Below are positions 8,479 to 19,014 of a stretch of DNA of 64,000 nucleotides, one piece after another. This DNA comes from a virus: IMG/VR virus record IMGVR_UViG_3300025012_000049, positions 32,304-96,303 of that record; one strand, given 5' to 3'. A program made the translations under genes and the position numbers. Under the pieces are notes generated by a model, which saw nothing but the letters and a program-made list of their open reading frames with translations, was not told the origin of the DNA and did not search any database. The stretch's first letter is position 1; each line of letters opens with the position of its first letter.

Positions 8479-10567
8479 TTTGTTTTTTAAATATTTGTTT
8501 TAATTGTTTGAATGTAAGGCTATTTGGGTCAGCCTCTTTACCATTTACATCTGGCAAAATAATAAAATCAACATCCATTGGAAAAGTATCTTTATATTTT
8601 TTATAGTCAAACCATGCTTTAGAATCTAGTATAAATATAACCTGTTTAGGATTTTTTTCAATCAATAATTTTATCTGGTTTCTGGATAATGATTTAACAA
8701 ATCCCGTGGTAACAGAAAATTTATCAGGGTAATAATGTTTAACAAAACTTTTTAAATGTAAAGCATCCAAATAACCTTCAGTTACTAATACAGGTTTACT
8801 TTCAATAATATCATCTTCCCATAAAAGATAATGTGCCAAGTTTGGTGGGATATGATATTTTTTAAAAGTAATAAATCGCCATTGATAACTGACAAGTTTA
8901 CCACCAACATAAACAGGGAAAACAATCTTATTTGTATGCTGTTTTATTCCTATTCTGAGGTCATGTTTGACTATATCCCAAGGTTTGATCCGCCTTTCCT
9001 TGAGAAAGGCTTTTAATAGAGGATTTCTTGAAATAATACCTTGGGTAATAGGTCTATTTTCAGGGAGTTCATCCGTTCCTCGATAACTATATTCCTTTTC
9101 TTTCTTATTACCACCATAAAGTATTTGTTTTACTCGATCTTCTAAATCCATTTCTTGATTATCTGATAAGGATATTAAATATTTCGCAGCACCAATAATG
9201 GAGGTGTTTTTTAATAAGGCAACAGTATTTAAAGGACCATAATTACATTTACAAATAAAACAGGTGATGTTTAAAGAATCTTTATTTAAAGCAGCGTGAA
9301 ATCGAGAATCAGCACAATTCTTAACAACAGAACCATTTGCAGTGTATGTATGGTCATTTTCAATGGTTAAATTATAGACAAATGTATTTACATTTCTTAA
9401 TAATTTTGTTTTTTTCAATTTACCATACCACTCACCATTTATAAAACGTATATTTTTATGTTTTTTAGCACTCCGATGTTTTGGGTTGTACCCAATAGTA
9501 ACACAAGGTTTTCTTACTATACCATCTGCACCTGTTCTATAATTAGTAAATGTGTTTATAGAGGTTGGAAAACCAAGCCGCCTCAACAATATAGATGTTT
9601 GTAATGCTAAATGAAAACTGGTTGTAGTTAATGTTTTATGTCCTGTTTTTGTGGTACAACCATCACCGTCAAACAAACCCTTTAAAAATTTCCGAATAGA
9701 ATAAACATTTGAATTATATAAAATTTCATCAGGTACAATTTTATTTGTTGAGCCTCTTCCACACTTTATGAAATTTGGAACTTGTTTTACATCATTTAAA
9801 TCTACAAACATACCAAGGTCATTTTTTTTATTATATTTTTTTCCTTTTTTATAAAAATTTATAATTTTGTCTGCTATATTTTTTTTTGTTGTTTGATTCA
9901 AAGAAAAGGAAATTGTTCGTAAATTTTTTCCCCCACCAATTGAGCCTTCTGCACAATAAAGACCTAGAAAATAGGCATTATCAACTATTTTATTAAATTT
10001 TGTTTTTATATCGGGAAGTTTTACCCATAAATTGTTTTTGTTAAATGCGTTGTTTGAAAAATCCCCAGCTTTGATTTTATTAAATAACCAAGTTTGGTGT
10101 GTTCTTGTTGTACTGCCTTGTGATTTTTTTTCTACATAACCATAAATATGTTTACCATTAATAATTTCAGCACAGTATATTTCATGATTTTTTGTACATT
10201 TGGTTGGCTTCACCATACCATACGCAAAATACTCTATTAAATTTTCTCTTTCTATTTTTCTTTTCCAAAATTTTAAAATTTTATTAAAATGACCATTTTT
10301 GGACAACACACCACCATTATATGATTCTAAATTTTCAATTGGAATCATGCCATTTTCAGTAAGGATTAAAGTATCACCAGTAAAACAATTAGGGCATGGA
10401 GAGATACCAATAAAACCTTTGGAACTAGAAATATTTTTACCTTCCAAAGAATATTCTAAATTACTATTATCCAATAATTCAAAAATATCTATTTTTTCTA
10501 AACCCTGTTGTATTCTATAATCATTAAAATCAATATCATGATGTTTTTCTTTATTATATTTCTTCAT
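8468..10567 (-). CDS. DNA primase (zinc finger + TOPRIM), intein-containing
   Basis: Spliced CPNC...H...CFIC zinc finger; VTEGYLDAL TOPRIM motif; EADPN. Confidence 0.85.
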   Translation of the reverse strand: MKKYNKEKHHDIDFNDYRIQQGLEKIDIFELLDNSNLEYSLEGKNISSSKGFIGISPCPNCFTGDTLILTENGMIPIENLESYNGGVLSKNGHFNKILKFWKRKIERENLIEYFAYGMVKPTKCTKNHEIYCAEIINGKHIYGYVEKKSQGSTTRTHQTWLFNKIKAGDFSNNAFNKNNLWVKLPDIKTKFNKIVDNAYFLGLYCAEGSIGGGKNLRTISFSLNQTTKKNIADKIINFYKKGKKYNKKNDLGMFVDLNDVKQVPNFIKCGRGSTNKIVPDEILYNSNVYSIRKFLKGLFDGDGCTTKTGHKTLTTTSFHLALQTSILLRRLGFPTSINTFTNYRTGADGIVRKPCVTIGYNPKHRSAKKHKNIRFINGEWYGKLKKTKLLRNVNTFVYNLTIENDHTYTANGSVVKNCADSRFHAALNKDSLNITCFICKCNYGPLNTVALLKNTSIIGAAKYLISLSDNQEMDLEDRVKQILYGGNKKEKEYSYRGTDELPENRPITQGIISRNPLLKAFLKERRIKPWDIVKHDLRIGIKQHTNKIVFPVYVGGKLVSYQWRFITFKKYHIPPNLAHYLLWEDDIIESKPVLVTEGYLDALHLKSFVKHYYPDKFSVTTGFVKSLSRNQIKLLIEKNPKQVIFILDSKAWFDYKKYKDTFPMDVDFIILPDVNGKEADPNSLTFKQLKQIFKKQINF
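9317..10387 (-). mobile_element. Intein (357 aa) with LAGLIDADG homing endonuclease in the primase
   Basis: Starts CFTGDTLILT; block B CTKNHEI; YFLGLYCAEG and FLKGLFDGDG; ends VYNLTIENDHTYTANGSVVKN/C. Confidence 0.92.
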
Positions 10568-11967
10568 AGGAGTAATCTTTTCTTAAACCACCCTTTTTCT
10601 TTATATAATTCTATTCTTTTTTTAGAATATTCAAGGAAGTAACTATGATATTTTTGTTTGCCAATAACTGTATCATAGGAATCAATAATTATAGCTTTAT
10701 CTTTCCCTTCTGAGACACGCCTTGCTCGACCAATGGATTGTAGAATGGATATTTCTGATTTTCTTGCTGAACCAAGTACCAAACAATCCAAGGATACAAT
10801 ATTTGTTCCAGTTTTAAAAATTCCGGTAGCTATGACTAATTTTATTTTTTTATCTTCCAATGTTTCTTTTATCTGTTCATTTATTTTGGAATGTTTTCTA
10901 CCGTGTGCTATTTTATTCTTAATCCCCATTTTTGCTGCTAAATAACCCACTTGTTCCGCCTGACTGATTTCATCCACTAAGAATAAAACTGTTTTGCCTT
11001 TATTAATAGCTAAATATTTTGCTGCTTTCAATAATTTAATGTTTCTTTTTTCTGATAAACAAATGTCATTTCTAAAGACTCCATGATAGTTTTTACCTTG
11101 TGGTTCCTTACATAAAAAATTAACCATATAAACATCACAAGAAACAACTCTTGATTTAACAACATCATCTTCCAATTCTTTTAGAGAGGAACCAATATTT
11201 CCAGTCATTTCTAAAAATGCCTGTTTATTATTTTCATATTTTTGAGTGGTGGCCGTCAAACCATAACGATAATGAACATTGGTCAATTGTTTGGAAATCT
11301 TCGACAGAGAACTTGAAGCAGCATGAACTTCATCAGCCAGCCATAAATTACAAATTTTATTATATTTTCGTAAATCGTATTTAGCAACACTTTGATATAA
11401 ACCAATGGTGATATGGGATATATCACAATGACCATCCCCTACCCTGCCAATTTCAATATCAGGAAACCATTTACAAAAGTCTTTATAGAATTGATTAAAG
11501 ATAGTTTTATTTATGGTGGTTATTAGAGCTATTGGAAAATTCAATTTAGCAATAATACCAGCAGCTATGGCAGACTTACCACTAGCTGTTGGGGCTATAA
11601 AAATACCACGTTTATTTTTTCTAGTGCTATCAATAACTTTAATCTGATAATCTTCAAAGGTTATACCATTAAGTTTTGGGTTTTTTATTGTTTTTAAAGT
11701 TTTATCAATTTCCTGTATAACTGTTTCATAACCAAGTCCATCAAGTTTTTCTAAGATAAAATCAATTAGACCATAAGGGAACTTGTTATTACGGCGATCT
11801 AAAAGAGAAAAAGTAACCTTTTCTGGTCTTGGTTTATATTTTAACTTTATTATTTTCTCATAGGATAAAGCTTCCCATACATCCATAATTTGTTCTTCTG
11901 TGCCAATAACTTTACCATAATGACCATCAATTTGTTTCAGGGTGATTGTTTTCATATTATTTAGCAT
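10564..11967 (-). CDS. Superfamily 2 DNA helicase (UvsW-like)
   Basis: APTASGKS, DEVH, GLTAT and QSIGRARR motifs. Confidence 0.9.
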   Translation of the reverse strand: MLNNMKTITLKQIDGHYGKVIGTEEQIMDVWEALSYEKIIKLKYKPRPEKVTFSLLDRRNNKFPYGLIDFILEKLDGLGYETVIQEIDKTLKTIKNPKLNGITFEDYQIKVIDSTRKNKRGIFIAPTASGKSAIAAGIIAKLNFPIALITTINKTIFNQFYKDFCKWFPDIEIGRVGDGHCDISHITIGLYQSVAKYDLRKYNKICNLWLADEVHAASSSLSKISKQLTNVHYRYGLTATTQKYENNKQAFLEMTGNIGSSLKELEDDVVKSRVVSCDVYMVNFLCKEPQGKNYHGVFRNDICLSEKRNIKLLKAAKYLAINKGKTVLFLVDEISQAEQVGYLAAKMGIKNKIAHGRKHSKINEQIKETLEDKKIKLVIATGIFKTGTNIVSLDCLVLGSARKSEISILQSIGRARRVSEGKDKAIIIDSYDTVIGKQKYHSYFLEYSKKRIELYKEKGWFKKRLLL

Positions 11968-12128
11968 TCATGTATGTCGGTACTACCACAAGTACAACAT
12001 TCTAAATCATAATCACCAGCAAAGTATTTAATAGTTTTAAATCCATGCAAATTACCACACTCATTACAGATATATTTTGGCTTTCTATGTTTTTTATCTT
12101 TGTTTTTTTCAACATTAACATCAAACAT
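11961..12128 (-). CDS. Small zinc-ribbon protein
   Basis: CNEC...CCTC. Confidence 0.5.
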   Translation of the reverse strand: MFDVNVEKNKDKKHRKPKYICNECGNLHGFKTIKYFAGDYDLECCTCGSTDIHEC

Positions 12129-12132
12129 ACAA

Positions 12133-12330
12133 TTAATACCTTTCAAAGAGTTCTTCAAGTTTATTCAATTGGTTTACAGTCAGCTTAAAACCTTTATAAA
12201 AACGGGTTTTAATATCATAAATAAAATCTACTGACCAATCACTATCAATAAACCCCCTATCACATTGTTCTACCAATTTATCAATCATCAGTTTTGTTCT
12301 AGGATTCAATTCAAGTATTGTTTTCATCAC
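12133..12330 (-). CDS. Hypothetical protein
   Basis: GGAG RBS; in operon. Confidence 0.5.
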   Translation of the reverse strand: MMKTILELNPRTKLMIDKLVEQCDRGFIDSDWSVDFIYDIKTRFYKGFKLTVNQLNKLEELFERY

Positions 12331-12344
12331 TTTCTCCTATTATA

Positions 12345-12812
12345 TTATTTCAAAATAAAACCAGTACCAGAACTACCAAAACCACCTTTACCACGATCTG
12401 TTGCTTCTGGAAATAATTCATCCAAAGAATTAACAATTTTTATTGGTGAACATAAGATAGGCATAAGAATAAACTGAATAACTTTTTCCCCAGCATAAAC
12501 CATAACTTTTTCATCAGAGGTATTAAACAAACAGATACCTATTTCCCCCATATAACCACTGTCAACTACCCCACCAATATATTTCAGACCTTTCTTTGTA
12601 CCAACACCTGATTTATCTTCAGCTTTTAACATATATCCATGAGGTATTCTTGCATGTATCCCTGAAGGAATCATGTGGCGTTGATGCGGAAAAAAACCAA
12701 TAGGATTAACAAAATTAGGCACAAAAAAATCAAGACCAGCATCGTGTTCAAAAACACGTTCAGGGCTTCTTACACATTTTGATTTGTATATCAGTAATGG
12801 TAGATAAGACAT
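12345..12812 (-). CDS. dut: dUTPase (trimeric)
   Basis: DAGLD, GVVDSGYMGEI and RGKGGFGSSG motifs. Confidence 0.95.
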   Translation of the reverse strand: MSYLPLLIYKSKCVRSPERVFEHDAGLDFFVPNFVNPIGFFPHQRHMIPSGIHARIPHGYMLKAEDKSGVGTKKGLKYIGGVVDSGYMGEIGICLFNTSDEKVMVYAGEKVIQFILMPILCSPIKIVNSLDELFPEATDRGKGGFGSSGTGFILK

Positions 12813-12813
12813 T

Positions 12814-13071
12814 TTAACATACCCCTGATTTATTATTATAATAAATAGATTTTTTAAGATTACTTACAGAGTATGGTTCAATTTTATCCAATTTTTTCCA
12901 ACCTTTTTTTAACATAGGGTCAGTCGGAAAGACAGATTTAGTATTAAATACCAACCAATCTTTTAAATAAACAAACCCATCTTCTTCAAGCTTATGAATA
13001 ACAATTTTCAAATTACCTTTTTCTAAAACATCACCAATATTCCAGCTTTTTTTCAATTGTTTTTTAGTCAT
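12814..13071 (-). CDS. Hypothetical protein
   Basis: Fills operon gap on coding strand. Confidence 0.5.
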   Translation of the reverse strand: MTKKQLKKSWNIGDVLEKGNLKIVIHKLEEDGFVYLKDWLVFNTKSVFPTDPMLKKGWKKLDKIEPYSVSNLKKSIYYNNKSGVC

Positions 13072-13079
13072 GATGATTT

Positions 13080-13382
13080 CTACAGAAAAATTATTTGTTT
13101 GTTTAGGGATATAGCATAATGTAATTCTTTCTTTGTAGATTCACCAATATATCCATTTACATTTAAAATCAAAACTTCATCTGCCAATTCTATTTTCTTT
13201 AGATGTAATTCATCTAACATTTTCTTTATTGGTCCGTTCATATCTATATTTTCTTGGTGCCCAAATAAACCAACAGATAAAACAATTTTACCTTTGAGTG
13301 TTTCTTCTTTTTGTGCATTTATAAATGCTTCAGGAAAACGTGTAGAGCCACACAAACAGATTATAGTTGGAAAGCCAGTCAT
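13080..13382 (-). CDS. Small Rossmann-like protein (nucleoside deoxyribosyltransferase-like fold)
   Basis: IICLCGSTRF...KIELADEVLILNVNGYIGESTKKE, a pattern common in phages. Confidence 0.5.
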   Translation of the reverse strand: MTGFPTIICLCGSTRFPEAFINAQKEETLKGKIVLSVGLFGHQENIDMNGPIKKMLDELHLKKIELADEVLILNVNGYIGESTKKELHYAISLNKQIIFL

Positions 13383-13720
13383 GATGATTTTCCTTTCAGT
13401 TGTCGATAAATAATTAAAATTTCATTATTACTCATTTTTTCAAAATGGCTTCTAGGAATAATACTTTTACCATCATTTGTAATGTAATCAATCATCTTGG
13501 ATATAACCTCCTTAGAACGTTTAAAGTTATTAAAATGGATAATATCACCAGATAATATATTTTCAATGGTTGCTTTTCTTTGTTTGACAATATTATGATG
13601 TTTTCCGGTTTTACAGATTAAACATACAGGTGGTTTTTTTTCTATATAATATTGGTCAAAGAAACCACATAAAGAGGTTTGGTCAATCATTTGACATTGT
13701 GCGCATATGAATTCTGGCAT
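13379..13720 (-). CDS. Hypothetical Cys-motif protein
   Basis: CAQC...CLIC. Confidence 0.5.
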   Translation of the reverse strand: MPEFICAQCQMIDQTSLCGFFDQYYIEKKPPVCLICKTGKHHNIVKQRKATIENILSGDIIHFNNFKRSKEVISKMIDYITNDGKSIIPRSHFEKMSNNEILIIYRQLKGKSS

Positions 13721-13732
13721 AATATTCCCTTT

Positions 13733-15166
13733 TTAATAACTTTCAACTTTGCTTTCATCTTCTACATCTTCATAATCATCACAAGGCATAGAATCTAAAG
13801 CTATTTGACCAATGGTTAAATCTCGGATAATACGAATTGTCCAATGCTGTTTTCCATGACGGAAATTAGCACAATATAAACGATAGCTATTTTCTTTTTC
13901 TTCTTTTTTAGTCTGGCACATAGTTAGTATTAAATCTGAATTAAATATTGTATCAATATCATCAGCAATCATATGGGAATGAAAGACCTTTGCCATTAAA
14001 GCTTTTCTGTTACCCTGCATTGCAGTAATACCAATTATATTTCTTTTACCACATATCTCTTTAAGACCAAGGCAATTTTCACCAATCCTATCTTTTTTTG
14101 ATTGTCCTGATGATGTTTCACGCATAAGCCCTAAATAATCAACTACCAATACATCAGCAATAAAACCATCATTTAGCTCTGCTTCATTTAAAACTCGCTC
14201 AATATCCATATAATTCATACGACCACGGTTGAAAGCAATAACTTTCAAAGAACCACCACCAATTTTCTTTATACGTTTACGGTTTTTTTCAACCTCATTA
14301 ATATCATAAATGGATTTTACGTTATCGTTCACCTTTGCCCATTTTCCACGTTTATATTCCATTGTTTCCTGTGTACTATCAGTATCTTTTGATGACATAA
14401 AGCCGGTTATTTGGTCTAATCTACCATCAATAATTTCTTTATTCATCTCCAATGAAACAAATAAAACATTTAATCCCTGTAAAAGTGCAGAAACAGATAA
14501 CTCTAACAAAGCCCAACTTTTACCAACCTTTGTTCCTGCAAGGATTGTGATAAGCCAAGGAGGATTAAAACCACCAACAAACTTATCAAGTTCTTCTATT
14601 TTTGTTTTCATTTTGTATTTTGTTTCATTTAATCTTTTAAAGATATAACTTTTATCTGAAAAATAATCATAATACTCTTCTTGTTCTTCTATTTCAGATT
14701 TTTTCATTGCTGCAAGTATAGTCATTTTTGCATCATCATATTTTTTACGTTTAATTAGAGAAGCAAATTCAACACTAGCTTCCTCCAAATAAAAATGACG
14801 TAAAGCATCAGATAATCTGGAAAGAATATATTCATGATTTGAACCAGTAATACTTTTTAGTGTTTTTATTAAAGCCATGCACTGATCATATAATTCTTCA
14901 GACATGGTTTTTTCATGTTCTTTAAATAAATCATAAAAATTATCTTTGGGACTTATTTTAAAATCATAATAAAAATCATACAACATTTTCATGATGTATT
15001 TTTTTTCTCTTGATTTAAAAGTATCCAAGGGGATAATCTTAACTACTTTACCTAAAAAATCATCATTTTTTATGCAATGGAAAATAACTTGGTTCCAATA
15101 TCTATTATTAAAATTCTCGTTTAGAAAATCTATTTTTGAACTTTGGTCATCATCATATTCAGGCAT
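13733..15166 (-). CDS. Replicative DnaB-like helicase
   Basis: AGTKVGKS Walker A; VSLEM; VVDYLGLM; AMQGNR. Confidence 0.88.
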   Translation of the reverse strand: MPEYDDDQSSKIDFLNENFNNRYWNQVIFHCIKNDDFLGKVVKIIPLDTFKSREKKYIMKMLYDFYYDFKISPKDNFYDLFKEHEKTMSEELYDQCMALIKTLKSITGSNHEYILSRLSDALRHFYLEEASVEFASLIKRKKYDDAKMTILAAMKKSEIEEQEEYYDYFSDKSYIFKRLNETKYKMKTKIEELDKFVGGFNPPWLITILAGTKVGKSWALLELSVSALLQGLNVLFVSLEMNKEIIDGRLDQITGFMSSKDTDSTQETMEYKRGKWAKVNDNVKSIYDINEVEKNRKRIKKIGGGSLKVIAFNRGRMNYMDIERVLNEAELNDGFIADVLVVDYLGLMRETSSGQSKKDRIGENCLGLKEICGKRNIIGITAMQGNRKALMAKVFHSHMIADDIDTIFNSDLILTMCQTKKEEKENSYRLYCANFRHGKQHWTIRIIRDLTIGQIALDSMPCDDYEDVEDESKVESY

Positions 15167-15201
15167 TATAATACCCTCAATTTATTTTTACATATTAGTT
15201 T

Positions 15202-16095
15202 TCAGGAAATGCTGAAGTATTTTTCAAATTCCCAAAGATTATCAAGAAATTGTCTGAATCCATTTTTCTGACAGAATTTAATAAAACCATCTGGTTCCAT
15301 ATCACTTTGCTTAAATTTAAACTTATAATTTTTTAAAGAGGGATGGGGTAAAGAAACTGCTGTTAAATATCTTTCTATTATTTTCCAATTTTCTTCAATT
15401 TTCTCCTTTTGCTTTTGTGAAATTGAATCATTTAAATATTTAATTGCCGTCTTTTCACCAATGCCTTCTATTGGTTTCAAATTGTCAGAGGTGCAGCCTC
15501 CAATTGCTTTCACCATATTCCAATCAGTAGGTTCCAACTGATGTTCTTTTCTAAACCATTTGTCAGTTCTTTTTTGTTTTTTATCAACATCATAAAGTGA
15601 CACATTTTCTTTTAGGCACTGAAACAGGTCTTCATCCTTTGACACAATATAAATTTCTTCATCGTTTTCAAAATAACAATATAGAGCAATCAAATCATCA
15701 GCTTCATACCCCTCTAAAAAGTTACCATAAAATCCCACTTCATTGCAGTAATTAACTAGATTATGGTATTCCTCCTTGAACTGTTTATTTAGTTCAATTT
15801 CATAATCTGTGAGTTTTTTATTTTGTTTTTTACTTTTATATTCTGGAAATTGTTCTCTTCTTACTGACTTTTCACCAATGTCCCAAGTAATAACACACTT
15901 ATTTGTTTCTAGTTTTTTAGCACATGAAAGTAATGTGTTAAAAAATGTATAATACATTGTTGTGTTTACTGAATTATATGATAAATCAATGTTACTGGTG
16001 TATTTTGACCTGTATGCCAAGAATTTTCCGTCTACTAAAAGAGTTTTTGTTTTTTCTTTTCTTTTGGGTATTTTTTTAAGATTTAGTTTTTTCAT
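15202..16095 (-). CDS. 5'-3' exonuclease / flap endonuclease (T4 RNase H, T5 D15-like)
   Basis: LLVDG, YEADDLI, SKDEDL and SDNLKPIEGIGEKTA motifs. Confidence 0.92.
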   Translation of the reverse strand: MKKLNLKKIPKRKEKTKTLLVDGKFLAYRSKYTSNIDLSYNSVNTTMYYTFFNTLLSCAKKLETNKCVITWDIGEKSVRREQFPEYKSKKQNKKLTDYEIELNKQFKEEYHNLVNYCNEVGFYGNFLEGYEADDLIALYCYFENDEEIYIVSKDEDLFQCLKENVSLYDVDKKQKRTDKWFRKEHQLEPTDWNMVKAIGGCTSDNLKPIEGIGEKTAIKYLNDSISQKQKEKIEENWKIIERYLTAVSLPHPSLKNYKFKFKQSDMEPDGFIKFCQKNGFRQFLDNLWEFEKYFSIS

Positions 16096-16798
16096 TTGTC
16101 TCCTCTTCAGTCAAAAATCTAAATATCCAGCCTTTATATGTTTTTATTTTTCCAAGGATATAAGCACTTATTAAATTTTGTGATAGACCGTGCTTTTTAG
16201 CAAAATCAGTTTGATTATTGCTTATATATTTTACCCCTTCTGGTGAAGTAGCTTCAAACCATTTATTTTTTCTGGTATTTTTATTTTACTCACTCCGAGG
16301 AATCCAACAACAATTCTCTTTACAGTAGTTGCCGTTTATATCTTTTCTTTCAATAGTTATTGGATTGTTTTTTGATAATACATCTCTATATGTTTGTTTT
16401 ATAGCAATTAAATAAGACATATACATATCTTTTTTGAATTCCAAAAAATCTCCCCACCTTGGGTCATAGGTTATACCCCTTCCACCATAGTCATTGAAAG
16501 ATTTACAGTTTATATCATTGCATCTTTGTCTTATTCCTTTCCACAAAATATAAAATTTAGATTTTCCTGACCTTTTAGCGAACCCATGTTTTGTGTTTAC
16601 TTCTTTTATTCTTTCTATTGTATAACAACCACAACTTTTTGCTTTACCTGTTTTTAGGGTTGCTGCTGTTACCTTTACTTTGTTCCCACAATCACACTCA
16701 CATAACCATACATTTTGTCTATATTTATTTTTACCAATAATCATTTTAGCGGTTAACCTTGTAAATTTTTTATCAGTTAAGTCCAGAGGCATAGCCAT
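16076..16798 (-). pseudogene. HNH homing endonuclease with an internal TAA at 16286-16288
   Basis: Frame continues past the stop (IPRSE*NKNTRKNKWF...KGWIFRFLTEE) and aligns with the intact paralog 35001..35717, which has Gln at that position. Confidence 0.75.
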
Positions 16799-16855
16799 TT
16801 TATGTTTTCCTTTTCAATTGATGCCTTTTTGTTTTCTTTTTTAGCACCATACGTT

Positions 16856-17368
16856 TCATGTTTTCTTCCTTAGTTTTATTCTTTTTACGTTTTTACCTTT
16901 TGATTTTAAAGTTAAACGTTTTGTTGTTTTTACTTCGGTTGTTTTTCTCTTCAATACAGGCTTTCTACTAACTACATGGAAAGAACCAGTACCAGTTTGC
17001 ATCAATTGTTTATAGGCTTTGAGAAAATGATTATGTGTTTCTGGATTAAGTTCTAATTCTTTTATAGCTTTTTCTGATGGGTAGAAAAAATCATCTGTGC
17101 AACGTTCTTTGTTTTCAACATCAATGAAATATCTTTTTATTTTCCACTTATCAATACGAATAAAAAACTCTTTGGTTTTTTCTTCTATTTTTAATAATGG
17201 AAAATGATCTCTTATCCAAGGACCAACAGAACTAAGATTGCTTTTGTTTTTGGCTTGCTGATAACTGCTTCCATGCACCCTTAACAACGCTTCTTGTTGT
17301 TCCAATCTTTCAGGGGTCATCAATTGTTTGCGTAAAATAGAACGTTTAAATTTATTGACCATTTTCAT
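16856..17368 (-). CDS. Hypothetical protein with basic C-terminal tail
   Basis: ORF in operon; ends KRLTLKSKGKNVKRIKLRKKT. Confidence 0.55.
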   Translation of the reverse strand: MKMVNKFKRSILRKQLMTPERLEQQEALLRVHGSSYQQAKNKSNLSSVGPWIRDHFPLLKIEEKTKEFFIRIDKWKIKRYFIDVENKERCTDDFFYPSEKAIKELELNPETHNHFLKAYKQLMQTGTGSFHVVSRKPVLKRKTTEVKTTKRLTLKSKGKNVKRIKLRKKT

Positions 17369-17942
17369 TATCCATTTTCAAAGAAAAAATTTCATGACTA
17401 ATATCTTTGTAATTATCAATAATCAAGGCCCATGCAGCTACAGATACCCAATCATTGTCATTTATAGCACTATCCAACATGGCTAAACATTGGTCTTTAG
17501 ACAACATATGATTATCTACATCATTTACATCATGATGTTTAATAAATTTTTTCTGCATATCAAAACAGAATTTTTTAAAGTATTTAAAAATAATTTCCAA
17601 ACGACAAGTTTTGATATTTTTGTTGTTTTTATATTGTTTGTCTTCCTCAGTAAAATCCCTAGTCTGAATAATAAAACCTAACTGATCTTCTCTTTCAAGG
17701 TATTTGCTATTAGCAAAATCTCGAAACATGGACATTTTAAATTTGTCCAAAGTACCGAAAACTGTTCCTTCAGGGTCATTATCTTGTTGCATCAACAGTT
17801 CCGTTTTTTCAATATCATCATAATATTTTAGAGTTAATGCCAAACCCAAAGGATGAAAAAAGGTACGGTTAACTTCATGTAAAACTCCATTGGAAATTAA
17901 CAAATCTTTTAACGCTTCATTTTGCAAGTAGTTCATTGTCAC
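17352..17942 (-). CDS. Hypothetical phage protein
   Basis: LHEVNRTFFHPLGLAL N-terminal motif; GGAG RBS. Confidence 0.55.
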   Translation of the reverse strand: MTMNYLQNEALKDLLISNGVLHEVNRTFFHPLGLALTLKYYDDIEKTELLMQQDNDPEGTVFGTLDKFKMSMFRDFANSKYLEREDQLGFIIQTRDFTEEDKQYKNNKNIKTCRLEIIFKYFKKFCFDMQKKFIKHHDVNDVDNHMLSKDQCLAMLDSAINDNDWVSVAAWALIIDNYKDISHEIFSLKMDNENGQ

Positions 17943-18216
17943 TGCTCCTTTTGAGTTTTTTGCGTTTGATTTTGAACATGGAATAATCCATACGTCTACA
18001 GTAATCTTTAACCATTTTACTTTTTAAACTTACTACATCTAAATCTTTTAATTTTTTATTTTTTACATTATGTATATTATTTCCTTGTGGGCAGTTAAAA
18101 CAAAATATCAAGGATTCACAATAGGCTATGGTTGTTTCCGATTGGTTTTTAGCTTTTTCCTGTCTGTTTAAACAACATTCGGTGGTAAGTGTTGTTCTAA
18201 ACCTTTCGCAGTACAT
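17917..18216 (-). CDS. Cys-rich hypothetical protein
   Basis: YCERF...ECC...CFNCPQG. Confidence 0.55.
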   Translation of the reverse strand: MYCERFRTTLTTECCLNRQEKAKNQSETTIAYCESLIFCFNCPQGNNIHNVKNKKLKDLDVVSLKSKMVKDYCRRMDYSMFKIKRKKLKRSSDNELLAK

Positions 18217-18240
18217 TACTCTACCCCCTTGGATAGAATT

Positions 18241-19014
18241 CTATTTTTTACTTCTATTATATTTTAATAATTCAGGAAGGAAAACCATATCTTCTTTGAG
18301 GGCATTTCCGGTAGAACAGATAGGACAATTATTGTTTTCTTCAGTTGTGAAGATATTAGAAAAACAAGCAATACAACGTTTGTATTTATTGATGGGCATT
18401 TTTCCTTTAAAGACAATCCCGTATTGCGGGCCTGTTCGATTAATATTAAGACTATGTGTGATTTCATCGGCTAAGTGATCCGGAGTCACACCAAAATATT
18501 TGTAATCACGCAAACCAGCACCAAATAGAAACTTTGAAACCAATTCACTACATACCAATCTATTCCAATGAATGATATGGGATAGATTAAATAAATGAAG
18601 AGCTAAACGATGAAAAGGATACCATTGACCTATATGTTCTTTGATTTTTTCCATACCTAAATCAAAGGATTTGTTAGTCATACCAACAAGACGACCAATT
18701 AAAACATTATCTCCCTCATATTTAGTAATAAAATTATCTTTTGATACTGTATAAGAGGCTTCAAGTATTTCAATGTCATTAATAAAAAAACCAGAATGAG
18801 AAAACTCAGATTTACGGTCAACGCTATACATGGTTGATACAGCATTAATCATTTTGCCTAGCATCATTGGGTTAGTGGATAGAAAAATATCACCGCGTTT
18901 AAACTTATTAAATAGAGGATGATGTTCAATTCCAAAAACTACTTCAGGTCTGTCCAAAATGATGTTACTGGCTTTTTCGTATTTTCCGGGCTTTACTAAG
19001 GGAAGGTTTTTCAT
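18241..19014 (-). CDS. Permuted papain-like amidase (YiiX/YaeF, NlpC/P60 superfamily) with C-terminal zinc ribbon
   Basis: GDIFL...SHSG...LVCSELV...TPD order of motifs; CIAC...CPIC. Confidence 0.75.
   Translation of the reverse strand: MKNLPLVKPGKYEKASNIILDRPEVVFGIEHHPLFNKFKRGDIFLSTNPMMLGKMINAVSTMYSVDRKSEFSHSGFFINDIEILEASYTVSKDNFITKYEGDNVLIGRLVGMTNKSFDLGMEKIKEHIGQWYPFHRLALHLFNLSHIIHWNRLVCSELVSKFLFGAGLRDYKYFGVTPDHLADEITHSLNINRTGPQYGIVFKGKMPINKYKRCIACFSNIFTTEENNNCPICSTGNALKEDMVFLPELLKYNRSKK

Noticed and set aside
16286-16288. Stop-codon reassignment (TAA read as Gln)
   Set aside because: TAA, TAG and TGA all end well-defined genes here; this is a single case, and the TAA-anticodon tRNA reads UUA, not a stop
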